Source: Candidatus Marinacidobacterium sp.
Lineage (GTDB): Bacteria > Acidobacteriota > Vicinamibacteria > Marinacidobacterales > Marinacidobacteraceae
DNA length: 64,000 bases
Direction of reading: 5' to 3'
Assembly (NCBI GenBank): GCA_965204755.1
Contig: OZ242011.1
Span: 2,624,001-2,688,000 of the forward strand
In this document: piece by piece, positions 1 to 8,363 of the stretch
Layout: every line of letters begins with the position of its first letter
Numbering within the stretch: position 1 is the first letter of the stretch
Notes under the pieces: model-generated
The model's input: the letters and a program-made list of their open reading frames with translations, nothing else
What the model was told of the DNA's origin: nothing
Databases searched by the model: none
Position numbers and translations under genes: made by a program

Positions 1-858
1 TTCCCGAGCGACTGGTGTCAACGACAGGACGACGAGCGGATCCGCAAGTTCGCCGACACCGCAGTCAACAAGACGGCCATCGGCAGGTACGCCAATCGAG
101 TGATAGGCAGCAACGCTCCGAGTCGCTACTCGGAGCGTTTGGAGAGCAAGGGCGGCATGTCGAGTCAGGAACTCGACGACATCCTCCGTTCCCATGCTAT
201 CGATCCGATAGCGCTACGGCGGGACGACTTCGCCTCGTTCTTCAACCATCGTTTCGAACGCCTGCTCGCCGGAATCGAAGAGGTCATGGGGAAGCCCGTG
301 AACCGCAGCGAGAAGCAGGACGAGTCCCCATTCTACGAAGGCGACGACGGGAATGAGGTCGCCGATATCGAGAGCCTTGTCCGGAGCGGTGAGAGCGGGA
401 CCGTGGAGTTCAAGGCCACCGGGCGCAAGAACACGATCACGGGAGTGAAGGACAAGAGGATGGAGTGGGCAGTCGTCAAGACCATATGCGCCTTCATGAA
501 CGGTTCCGGCGGTACTTTGCTCATCGGGGTGACCGACGAAACCGGGATCGTGGGCATCGAGGAGGACTATGCGTTCGTGACGCCGAGGAACCGCGACGGT
601 TGGGAGCAGTGGCTGACGGCCTTGGTGAAGACGCGAGTCGGCTCGGTGGCGGTGACGGACTTCGGCGTCACCTACGCCGATATCGAAGGACGAACGGTTG
701 CTCGGATCGATGTCAAGCGGGGAGGGAAGCCTGTCTTTGCGAGACCGATGGACGGATCGAAGCAGGAGAAGTTCTTCGTCCGGTTGAATGCCACGACGGA
801 GGATCTCGGCGGGTCGGAGATGCTGGACTACCAGAAGAAGAGGTGGCCGAGCCGGTAG
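1..858 (+). CDS. C-terminal part of a DUF262/DUF1524(GmrSD)-type protein fused to a Schlafen AlbA_2 domain (5' truncated by window edge)
   Basis: Frame is open from base 1. FPSDWC...AVNKTAIGRYANRVIGSNAPSRY resembles the DUF262-protein C-terminal HNH-like region. ESGTVEFK and AFMNGSGGTLLIGVTD are AlbA_2 motifs. Confidence 0.75.
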   Translation, partial: FPSDWCQRQDDERIRKFADTAVNKTAIGRYANRVIGSNAPSRYSERLESKGGMSSQELDDILRSHAIDPIALRRDDFASFFNHRFERLLAGIEEVMGKPVNRSEKQDESPFYEGDDGNEVADIESLVRSGESGTVEFKATGRKNTITGVKDKRMEWAVVKTICAFMNGSGGTLLIGVTDETGIVGIEEDYAFVTPRNRDGWEQWLTALVKTRVGSVAVTDFGVTYADIEGRTVARIDVKRGGKPVFARPMDGSKQEKFFVRLNATTEDLGGSEMLDYQKKRWPSR

Positions 859-923
859 GCGTGAGCGAGCGGGGAAGACCTGGTAGGCGACGACGGAGTT
901 AGGCCGAGGCGCGGGGGAGTTCG

Positions 924-2138
924 TCAGCCGCCGCGCCCGGCGCCGGGGAGAGCAGTCTCCCGCGCGGCGTCTTCGAATGTGCGGGACGGGTGGAGGTTGC
1001 GGAGGAAGTCGGTTACCGGCAGGCAGAGGATGTCGTCGGTGACGCGGCGGTCATCGCCGCGGTAGAGGAGGAGGCGGCGGGCCTCCGGGTACTCGTCGCC
1101 GAAGGCGCGGAGGCCGCGGAGGTCTTCGGGACGGATGCGGGACGCGTTCTTCACTTCGATGGCGGAGAACTCGTCAGGCCCGTACAGGACGAAGTCCACC
1201 TCGAGGCCGGCGCGGGTCCGCCAGGTGAAGAGGCGGTCGCCCCGGCCGCGATAGTCGGCGTAGGCGCGCAGGTGCTGCGCGACCAAACCCTCGAGCGCGG
1301 CGCCGTCGATCTCCTCCGGGCGGTCGAGCGGTCCCTTCGGGCGCAGGGCGCGAAAGACGCCGCTGTCGAAGTAGAAGAACTTCGGATGCGCCGCGAGTCG
1401 GCGTTTGGCGCGCTTCCGGAATACCGGCAGTCGAAACGCCAGCAGCAGGTCCTCCAATACCTCCAGGTAACCGGTCGCGGTGCGGACGCCCACCGCCGCT
1501 TCCCGGGCGACGGCGCTGAGATTCAACTCCGCGCCGTGGGAGAAAGTCATCGCTTCGAGGAATCGGGAGAACGCGCCGAGATTGCGGGCGAGACCCTCGG
1601 CGCGGACTTCCTGTTCGAGATAGAACGAAGTGAACGCGCCGAGCGCCGCTTCCGGGTCGGCGCTGCCCCGGACCAGCGGCAGGAGCCCCCGGTCGAGCGC
1701 CGCTTCGAGATCGAAGTCGTCGCCGAGTTCGGCGGCCAGGAACGGGTGCAGCCGGCAGTCCGCCGCCCGGCCGCCGAGCAGGTTGACGCCGCCGCGCCGG
1801 AGTTGTCGGGCGCTCGACCCGGTCAGCGCGAACCGCGCGGGAATATCCGACTCGATCAGGCCGTGGACGACGGACAACAACTCCGGCGCCCGCTGCACCT
1901 CGTCCACCACGACTTCGACCCGGTTGCCGGGCGGCCGGCCCGCCGCCGCGCCCCGGACGAGATCCCGCAGTTCCTCCGGGCGGGCCGAAAGCGTCCGCTG
2001 CCGTTCGGGGTCGAGCAGGTCCACGAACAGCGCGTCCGGCAGCGCGGCCCGAAGCCAGGTCGTCTTCCCCGTCCCGCGGGGGCCGAGGAGGAAGTAACTC
2101 CCCGGCGGCGGCTCGAACAACCGAGGCGTCGTCGCCAT
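924..2138 (-). CDS. AAA_14 ATPase with DUF4143 / C-terminal PD-(D/E)xK-like domain
   Basis: GPRGTGKT Walker A, VVDEVQ Walker B, LTGSS, PKFFYFDSG and EVDFV...AIEVK. ATG at 2138 chosen as start. Confidence 0.9.
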   Translation of the reverse strand: MATTPRLFEPPPGSYFLLGPRGTGKTTWLRAALPDALFVDLLDPERQRTLSARPEELRDLVRGAAAGRPPGNRVEVVVDEVQRAPELLSVVHGLIESDIPARFALTGSSARQLRRGGVNLLGGRAADCRLHPFLAAELGDDFDLEAALDRGLLPLVRGSADPEAALGAFTSFYLEQEVRAEGLARNLGAFSRFLEAMTFSHGAELNLSAVAREAAVGVRTATGYLEVLEDLLLAFRLPVFRKRAKRRLAAHPKFFYFDSGVFRALRPKGPLDRPEEIDGAALEGLVAQHLRAYADYRGRGDRLFTWRTRAGLEVDFVLYGPDEFSAIEVKNASRIRPEDLRGLRAFGDEYPEARRLLLYRGDDRRVTDDILCLPVTDFLRNLHPSRTFEDAARETALPGAGRGG

Positions 2139-2148
2139 ATTGCCGGGC

Positions 2149-2192
2149 ATTTTAGCATCGCTGATTCCAAAACGCCCGGATTTTTGGAATCA
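2149..2192 (-). promoter_or_regulatory. Extended -10 (TGcTAAAAT) plus 11-bp inverted repeat TGATTCCAAAA-N9-TTTTGGAATCA
   Basis: AT-rich patch directly upstream of the AAA gene. The inverted repeat arms are at 2162-2172 and 2182-2192. Confidence 0.55.
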
Positions 2193-2316
2193 CCACCGCC
2201 GAAACGGCGGCCCCGGGCCGCGAACCGGCGCCGTCCCGCGCCCCGGGCGTCCCGCGTTCTCCGGGACGCTCCCGGCGCCGCGAGCAGGCCGATGCCCGTC
2301 CGCGGCGCCGGGCGGG

Positions 2317-3429
2317 TCAGTTGAAGTCCGTCGTCTTCCCCCGGCGGAGGAGGTAGTCCGGGCTGACCAGTTTCAACTGGACGCGGCCCATCGGCAGCCC
2401 GGGGTGCGGGCGCTCCTCGGCCGGGGTGATCACGATCCCCTCGCGGACATGCTTCTCGGTGAGGGTGGAGCGGCCGTCGCGGTGCTTTTCCGCCTCTTCC
2501 AGCGAGAACGGCCCCCGGTAGAGCACCGGCACGGTTTCGACTCCCCACTCCTCCAACTCGGCGAAGAACTCCGACCGCGAAACGAACCGCCCGCGCCGGG
2601 GCGCTCCCCGGTAGAGGTCGAACGCGCGGAACGCCGGCTTCGTCCGGCCGTACTCCAGGTCCTGCACCTTGCGCCCGAAGGTCTCGCCGAGCAGGTAGAA
2701 CGGCTCGCCGGCCGCCTTCGCCGCCTCCGTGAGCCGCGCCCAGAGGCCGGTCTCGAGCAGCGTCTCCCGGAAGATGCGGACATAGAGGTTGTCCCGGTTC
2801 TGCTCGTTCCACTTGAAGACGAGCCCGGTGGCGCTCAGGCCCTTCGAGGAGATGATCGTCCCGCCCTCGAGCAACTCCTCGTTCCCGAGCCCCGGGTCGA
2901 ACCCGAAGCAGGTCCAGGTGCCGTGCAACTTCTCCGAGAAGACGACTTCCTCGCCGCTTTCGAGGATGTCCGGGTGCTTCTGGAGCGACTCGATGTCGTA
3001 GTCCAGCGTGTGGCCCCGCACATTGGCCACTTCGCCGGACATGTGCACCGGGATCGGCGGCTCGTACTTGGTGATGCCGAGCGCCTCCGCCACCTCGTCG
3101 CCGACCCCGGCGGGGGAGGGGAGGGCGGCCGCCGGGTAGAGCAGCCCCTGGCTCACGACGCCGCGCAGCCGGATCGCCTTCACCCGGTTCCCCTGCTTCC
3201 CGGCGCACCGGCCCTTGCCCTTCTCCTCGTCCCAGAGGCCGATCCGCCGCAGCACCCCTTCGGGCACCAGCGCGTCCTCCGGGATGTAGGCCACCCGGTC
3301 GCCGGCCCGGTACTCGCCGATCCGGGCGATGCTCCGGTACCCGCCGATCCGGGCGATCTCCAAGGCGTCCGCGTCCGGGTGCTCCTCGATCGCGTCGATC
3401 TCGACGACCCGAACCTCCAGTGCGCTCAT
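2317..3429 (-). CDS. RNA ligase, DRB0094 family (N-terminal OB-like domain + Rnl2-type nucleotidyltransferase)
   Basis: HPDADALE, YIPEDALVP and RLRGVVSQGL at the N-terminus; motif I EKLHGT; GETFG, AFDL, REGIVI and KLVSPDYL. Confidence 0.9.
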   Translation of the reverse strand: MSALEVRVVEIDAIEEHPDADALEIARIGGYRSIARIGEYRAGDRVAYIPEDALVPEGVLRRIGLWDEEKGKGRCAGKQGNRVKAIRLRGVVSQGLLYPAAALPSPAGVGDEVAEALGITKYEPPIPVHMSGEVANVRGHTLDYDIESLQKHPDILESGEEVVFSEKLHGTWTCFGFDPGLGNEELLEGGTIISSKGLSATGLVFKWNEQNRDNLYVRIFRETLLETGLWARLTEAAKAAGEPFYLLGETFGRKVQDLEYGRTKPAFRAFDLYRGAPRRGRFVSRSEFFAELEEWGVETVPVLYRGPFSLEEAEKHRDGRSTLTEKHVREGIVITPAEERPHPGLPMGRVQLKLVSPDYLLRRGKTTDFN

Positions 3430-3522
3430 TCCACGGTCCTCCCGATGGCCCGTCAGCCTATCGCGCCGAAGCGTCCCGGCCCGGCATTCCCGACGACCTT
3501 CGGAGTGCGTCGTTTACGAGGA

Positions 3523-3555
3523 ACATTGAGTAATATTGCGAGATACATTGAGTAA
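3523..3555 (+). promoter_or_regulatory. Direct repeat ACATTGAGTAA x2 (22-bp period) in divergent promoter region
   Basis: Exact copies at 3523-3533 and 3545-3555 in an AT-rich patch overlapping the ATPase start. Confidence 0.5.
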
Positions 3556-4753
3556 ATCGCACACCTTCACCCGTCCCCTCGCGCGGGAACTCGCCCGTCG
3601 GCTCCGGGAGCCGCGGCGATTCCTCCAGGTCGTGGCCGGGGCGCGGCAGGTCGGAAAGACCACCGCCGCCGACCAGGCCGTGGCGCGCTCCGGTCTCCCG
3701 CGCCGCTACGCCACCGCCGACGAGCCCACCCTCCGCGACCGCTGGTGGCTCGCCCAACAGTGGGAGGCGGCCCGCCGGCTCGCCGGTTCGTCCCCCGAGG
3801 GCGCCGCGCTGGTCCTGGACGAAGTCCAGAAGGTGGAAGGGTGGTCCGAGACGGTGAAGCGCCTGTGGGACGAGGACACCCGGGCCGGGCTGCCGCTCAA
3901 GGTCGTCCTGCTCGGTTCGGCGCCCCTGCTCGTCCGGCGGGGGACGAGCGACAGCCTCGCCGGGCGGTTCGAGGTACTGCACCTCCCGCACTGGGGCTTT
4001 GCCGAGATGCGCGAGGCGTTCGGGTGCTCGCTCGACGAGTACCTGCACTACGGCGGCTATCCCGGCGCCGCGCCGCTCGTCCGCCGGCCGGCGCGTTGGG
4101 CCGCCTACCTGCGCGAATCCATCATGGAGCCGGTCGTTTCCCGCGATGTCCTGCTGCTCACCCGGGTGGACAAGCCGGCCCTCCTGCGCCAACTGCTGGC
4201 GCTCGCCTGCGTTTCGTCCGGGCGGATCGTGTCTTACACCAAGATGCTCGGCCGACTCCAGGACGCGGGAAACACCACCACCCTCGCCCACTACCTCGAC
4301 CTGCTCGAAGGCGCCGGCATCGTGGCCGGACTCCGGAAGTACACCGGCAGCGCCCTGCGCCGGCGGGCATCGAGCCCGAAACTCCAGGTGCTGAACACCG
4401 CGCTGCTGACGGCCGCAACGCGGATCCCGCTCCCCCGCGCCCGGGCCGACCGCGCCCACTGGGGCCGGATCGTCGAATCCGCCGTGGGCGCCCACCTGAT
4501 GGCCGCAGCCGCCTCGGGCGAAATCGAAGTCTTCTACTGGCGCGAAGGAAACCGCGAAGTGGACTTCGTTCTGCGCTCCGGCGATTCGCTGGCGGCCGTC
4601 GAAGTCAAGAGCGGCCGCGCGCCGCGCCGCCTGCCCGGAATGGACGCCTTCGTCCGCGCCTTCGGCCCCGCCCGCCCCCTCCTCGTCGGCGGCGACGGCA
4701 TCCCGCTCGAAACCTTCCTCGAAACCCCGGTCGAACGCTGGCTCAACGACTGA
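3536..4753 (+). CDS. AAA_14 ATPase with DUF4143 domain
   Basis: GARQVGKT, LDEVQK, LLGSA, SLAGRF, GGYP and EVDFV...AVEVKSG. Start may be TTG at 3548. Confidence 0.9.
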   Translation: MRDTLSKSHTFTRPLARELARRLREPRRFLQVVAGARQVGKTTAADQAVARSGLPRRYATADEPTLRDRWWLAQQWEAARRLAGSSPEGAALVLDEVQKVEGWSETVKRLWDEDTRAGLPLKVVLLGSAPLLVRRGTSDSLAGRFEVLHLPHWGFAEMREAFGCSLDEYLHYGGYPGAAPLVRRPARWAAYLRESIMEPVVSRDVLLLTRVDKPALLRQLLALACVSSGRIVSYTKMLGRLQDAGNTTTLAHYLDLLEGAGIVAGLRKYTGSALRRRASSPKLQVLNTALLTAATRIPLPRARADRAHWGRIVESAVGAHLMAAAASGEIEVFYWREGNREVDFVLRSGDSLAAVEVKSGRAPRRLPGMDAFVRAFGPARPLLVGGDGIPLETFLETPVERWLND

Positions 4754-4807
4754 CCCGCGCGCCGGCGCGAAGGAGGGACATCGCCGGGATTCCCGGCGGC
4801 CCGGGCC

Positions 4808-7800
4808 TCAGCGAGCGCCGCGCTTCGCTTTTCCCACGCGGCGTTCGAGGCGTTCCACGAGGGCGCCGCGGATCTCCTCGCCGAACTCGCCGATGCCGAA
4901 GCGCTTCTCCACCAATTCGTCCAGCGCGAGGTGCTCCCCGGTGCGCGCTTCTTCGGCGACCGGCAGCGGCCGGCGGCTCTCGAGCCGGTCGAGTATCTCC
5001 TTCGCTTCGCTCCCGAAGTCGAGGGCGTGACCGAGCGGTATCGCCTTCAGGTCCATGGCCTCCGCCTTCAGGAGTCCGCCGCCGAGGTTGCTTCGTCCGG
5101 TGATTTCCCGACAGAGCCAAACCACCGACGAGTTGAGGAACGCCCAGAGCGCGTAGTGCCGGTCCGTGTCCCATACCTCCTCCGGGAGATACACCTCGAC
5201 CTGGCTGTGGGAGAACGCCCGCATCCGGTTGAACGCGCACCAGTGCCGGGCGCCGACCCCGCGCGGCAGGATGAGCGCCGGGACCCGCGACGGCCGCCTC
5301 CGGCTCGCTTCGTCCCCGGGTACGGCCGAATCGGCGTCCACGACGACGAACTGCGCCAACTTGTGGATCGCCGGCGGCCCCTCTCCCGGCGGGACGCGCG
5401 GCACATTCAGTCCCTGTCCCACGGTCGCGCCGAACTCCGAGGAACTGCCCGAGGCGAGGCGCCGCCATACCTCCTCGAAGAAGCCCGGCATCGAGAACGC
5501 GGAACCCCACTTGAACGGGTGGTCCCTCCGCACGCGGCGCCCGGAAACCGTTTCCATGTCTTCGTTGACGGTCTCGAACCGGATGTCCTCGACCGGCCGA
5601 CGGTCGAAGAAAGTGACCACGGCGTTGATGTTCGGGCCCGCCGCGTCCGAAAAGAACTTCGCCGAGGTGTCCACGATCTTCGGGAACGAGAAGCGATCCT
5701 TCGTGAAGTCCTGGAACTTCTTCCCGTAGTCGGTGTGGAGCCAGGCGTTTTGGGTGATGAACGCGCCGAGTCCGTCCGGCTTCAACATCCCGGCGGCCCG
5801 CGCGTAGAAATAGACCAGCAGGTCGCTGCCGCGGGGAATCCGGCTCCCCCAGTCCGACTCCACCTGGTCGCCGTAGGCCTTCTTGGCGGCCTTGCCGACC
5901 ATCGAACTCCGGGATTCCACATAGGGCGGATTCCCCAGGACGACATCGAAACCCTCGCGGCGGTGGAACATGTACGCCGGATCGAACCAGTCCGCCCGGC
6001 AGTTCTGGTCGTACGGGTCCCACGCCGCCACGCTGTCGGCGGCGCCCGCCGCGAAACCCTCCTCCTTCAGCGCCGCCGCGAGGTCGGCCCGCAACTCGCG
6101 GTTTCGATGCATGCACTCCAACTTCTCCGTCCGCGCGACGGCGTGGAAGTGCCGCTCCCGGTTGTGGGCCAACTTGGACTCGAGATCGACGACCACCCCG
6201 TTCTCGCCCAGCATCCGCGCGCCGTTCCGGATCGTCTTGAGCGAGTCGGCGGCGAGGAACCGCGTCTCCAGGTTCGGCAGCGGCCGAATCCCGTAGTTCG
6301 CGCTCCGCTCCCCGGTCGGGTTCTGCTCGATCGCCAGGGTGATGAACACGCGCAACTTGGCGATCTGGCAGGCGATGGGCTGGAGGTCCACCCCGAACAG
6401 GGTGTTCTGGATCAGGAAGAGTTTCCGTCCGTAGTCCGAGTCACGGTACTGCTCGAAGACCGCGCTGACTTCCATCAACTCGGTGTCCCGGGCGGCCTTG
6501 CCCGGTTCGTCGAAGGCCGAGGCGGCGCGGGCGGAGGCGCGCTGCTTCTGCAGTCGTTCCCACCGCGTGTTGTCGGGGTCGAGCCGGCGGAGCGCCAGCG
6601 TGAGTTTGTGCAGGACGCCCATCGGGAAGGCCCCCGAACCGACGGCGGGATCGAGCACCGTGAGGTCGGCGACGGCGGCGATCAAGGCCTCGCGCTCGCC
6701 CGGCTCGAAGAGGTCCTCGGCGTCGTCGCAGGCGTCTTCGTGGTCGAGCAGGTAGCGGAGCCGGTCGATCCACCAACCCCGCTCGCCCTCCTCCGGCGCT
6801 GCCTTCCTCGCCAGCGCCTCGGCGAGCGCCTCCTCCACCATGTAGTCCACGACGATCCGCGGCGTGTAGTAACTGCCGGTCTGTTTCCTCGCGGTGGCGC
6901 TGCTCTCGGGGTTGTAGGCGGCGAGCAGGTTCTCGAAGACCTTGCCGAGCAGTTCGGGATCCAGCGCGACCTCCCGCTCCGCGGGAGTGCTTTCCTCCAC
7001 GGTGAAGCGGTAGCGGTCGAACACGCGGAACAGCCCGGGCGCCGCCGGATCCCCGGAAAAGAAGAGTCGGTCGGGTATGGAATAGGAGCGTCGGTGTTCG
7101 GGATTGTCGGTGAAACAGTCCACGCGGCTCCCGCCGCGAGTGCGGCTCGCGAAGTCGTCCAGGCAGTCGAACAGTCCCCCGTTCACGAACGGCGTCCGGT
7201 CGAACAACTCCAGCAGGCCGTCGGGATCGGCGATCTCCTCGCGGTATCGGTACACGGAGAAGTTGCGGTGATCGGGCTGCGTCCGCCGGCTGAACCGGCG
7301 CTTGGTGACTTCGGTGTTCAGGGTGGCGAAGAACAGGTTCTGCAACACGGCGCGGTAGTAGGAATCGCCCGTTTCGAAGTCGTCGTTCCCCAGGATGCCC
7401 CGCATCGGCGCCTCCGCGACCAGTCCCTTCTCCTTCAGGAACCACACGAACATGAGCCGGGTCACCAGCCGGATCACATGCTCTTCGGGCCGCAGCACCC
7501 GCGGCCCGTCCGTCGGGAAAGCGGCCTCCGCCACCGCCCGCTCGAACCAGTGGAACAGGTCCCGGTAGAACCGGCGGTTCAGTTCCTCGGTGTCGAGCGC
7601 GCTCAGCCAGGCCCTCAGCAACCCGTCGAAGTCGAGCGGTTCCCGGTGCGTCCGCATCCATTCGAGGCGGTCCCCGAGCGCGAGCGCCGCCACGATGTCC
7701 AGGTGGGCGCGGTGCGGCTCGGTCGGATGCACTTCGCGAATCAGGAACACCCGGCCCAGGACATCGCGCGCCTCCTTCCGCCGGTGCTTTCGCCGGTGGA

Positions 7801-8269
7801 CGAACGCCAGCGTCAAGAGCCCCGCCGCCGTCCGGAACAACACCGCGACGGGCATGGAGAACCGCCGGTGGATATTCCGAGTGATTTCGGCGTACGCGCC
7901 GCGTGGGTAGCGCCGACCTTCGAGTTCGGCGGCTACGAAGAGGAAACTCCGGGCGAGCCCCGGGTGGAATGCCGCTCGATCCTCACCGAACGGCGACCCG
8001 GTCTGCCCGCGAATTTCGTCGTCGGTCAACTGGAAGAGGACTTCGACGGAGCGGACGCGATCCCGGAAGGCGGCTTCCTCCGCTCTCCCGGGTTTGCCCT
8101 CGGCGGGAAACGCTCGGAAGAAGGAGTCCGCCGACGACTCGAGGGCAGGGGGCCGGCGGTCGCTCCGGTAGCCGAGTTCCGCCAGCAGCGCGACGGCCGA
8201 CTTCGAGAAGTCGCCGGCGGCGGTTTGCGCGAGCCCCCGGCGAAGCGCGTCGGCCTTCGGCCGGGTCAT
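4808..8269 (-). CDS. Type IIG/Eco57I-like restriction-modification enzyme (N6-adenine methyltransferase)
   Basis: DPELLGKVFENLL, GSYYTP, motif I VLDPAVGSGAF, LFGVD and motif IV FDVVLGNPPY, followed by a C-terminal target-recognition region. Confidence 0.9.
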   Translation of the reverse strand: MTRPKADALRRGLAQTAAGDFSKSAVALLAELGYRSDRRPPALESSADSFFRAFPAEGKPGRAEEAAFRDRVRSVEVLFQLTDDEIRGQTGSPFGEDRAAFHPGLARSFLFVAAELEGRRYPRGAYAEITRNIHRRFSMPVAVLFRTAAGLLTLAFVHRRKHRRKEARDVLGRVFLIREVHPTEPHRAHLDIVAALALGDRLEWMRTHREPLDFDGLLRAWLSALDTEELNRRFYRDLFHWFERAVAEAAFPTDGPRVLRPEEHVIRLVTRLMFVWFLKEKGLVAEAPMRGILGNDDFETGDSYYRAVLQNLFFATLNTEVTKRRFSRRTQPDHRNFSVYRYREEIADPDGLLELFDRTPFVNGGLFDCLDDFASRTRGGSRVDCFTDNPEHRRSYSIPDRLFFSGDPAAPGLFRVFDRYRFTVEESTPAEREVALDPELLGKVFENLLAAYNPESSATARKQTGSYYTPRIVVDYMVEEALAEALARKAAPEEGERGWWIDRLRYLLDHEDACDDAEDLFEPGEREALIAAVADLTVLDPAVGSGAFPMGVLHKLTLALRRLDPDNTRWERLQKQRASARAASAFDEPGKAARDTELMEVSAVFEQYRDSDYGRKLFLIQNTLFGVDLQPIACQIAKLRVFITLAIEQNPTGERSANYGIRPLPNLETRFLAADSLKTIRNGARMLGENGVVVDLESKLAHNRERHFHAVARTEKLECMHRNRELRADLAAALKEEGFAAGAADSVAAWDPYDQNCRADWFDPAYMFHRREGFDVVLGNPPYVESRSSMVGKAAKKAYGDQVESDWGSRIPRGSDLLVYFYARAAGMLKPDGLGAFITQNAWLHTDYGKKFQDFTKDRFSFPKIVDTSAKFFSDAAGPNINAVVTFFDRRPVEDIRFETVNEDMETVSGRRVRRDHPFKWGSAFSMPGFFEEVWRRLASGSSSEFGATVGQGLNVPRVPPGEGPPAIHKLAQFVVVDADSAVPGDEASRRRPSRVPALILPRGVGARHWCAFNRMRAFSHSQVEVYLPEEVWDTDRHYALWAFLNSSVVWLCREITGRSNLGGGLLKAEAMDLKAIPLGHALDFGSEAKEILDRLESRRPLPVAEEARTGEHLALDELVEKRFGIGEFGEEIRGALVERLERRVGKAKRGAR

Positions 8270-8363
8270 GGCGCCGAGACGCGGAGCGGGAGCCGGGGCA
8301 TGAGTTCGATGGCGGCCCGTCCGGGAGAGTCCGGGTGAGCGGGGCGCTCTCCCCGCGGGGCCG

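Noticed and set aside
4931-8338. 1135-aa plus-strand ORF and similar long antisense ORFs (e.g. 8412-10925, 28548-31601)
   Set aside because: These are shadow ORFs typical of high-GC DNA. They lie opposite motif-bearing genes and have no recognisable domains.
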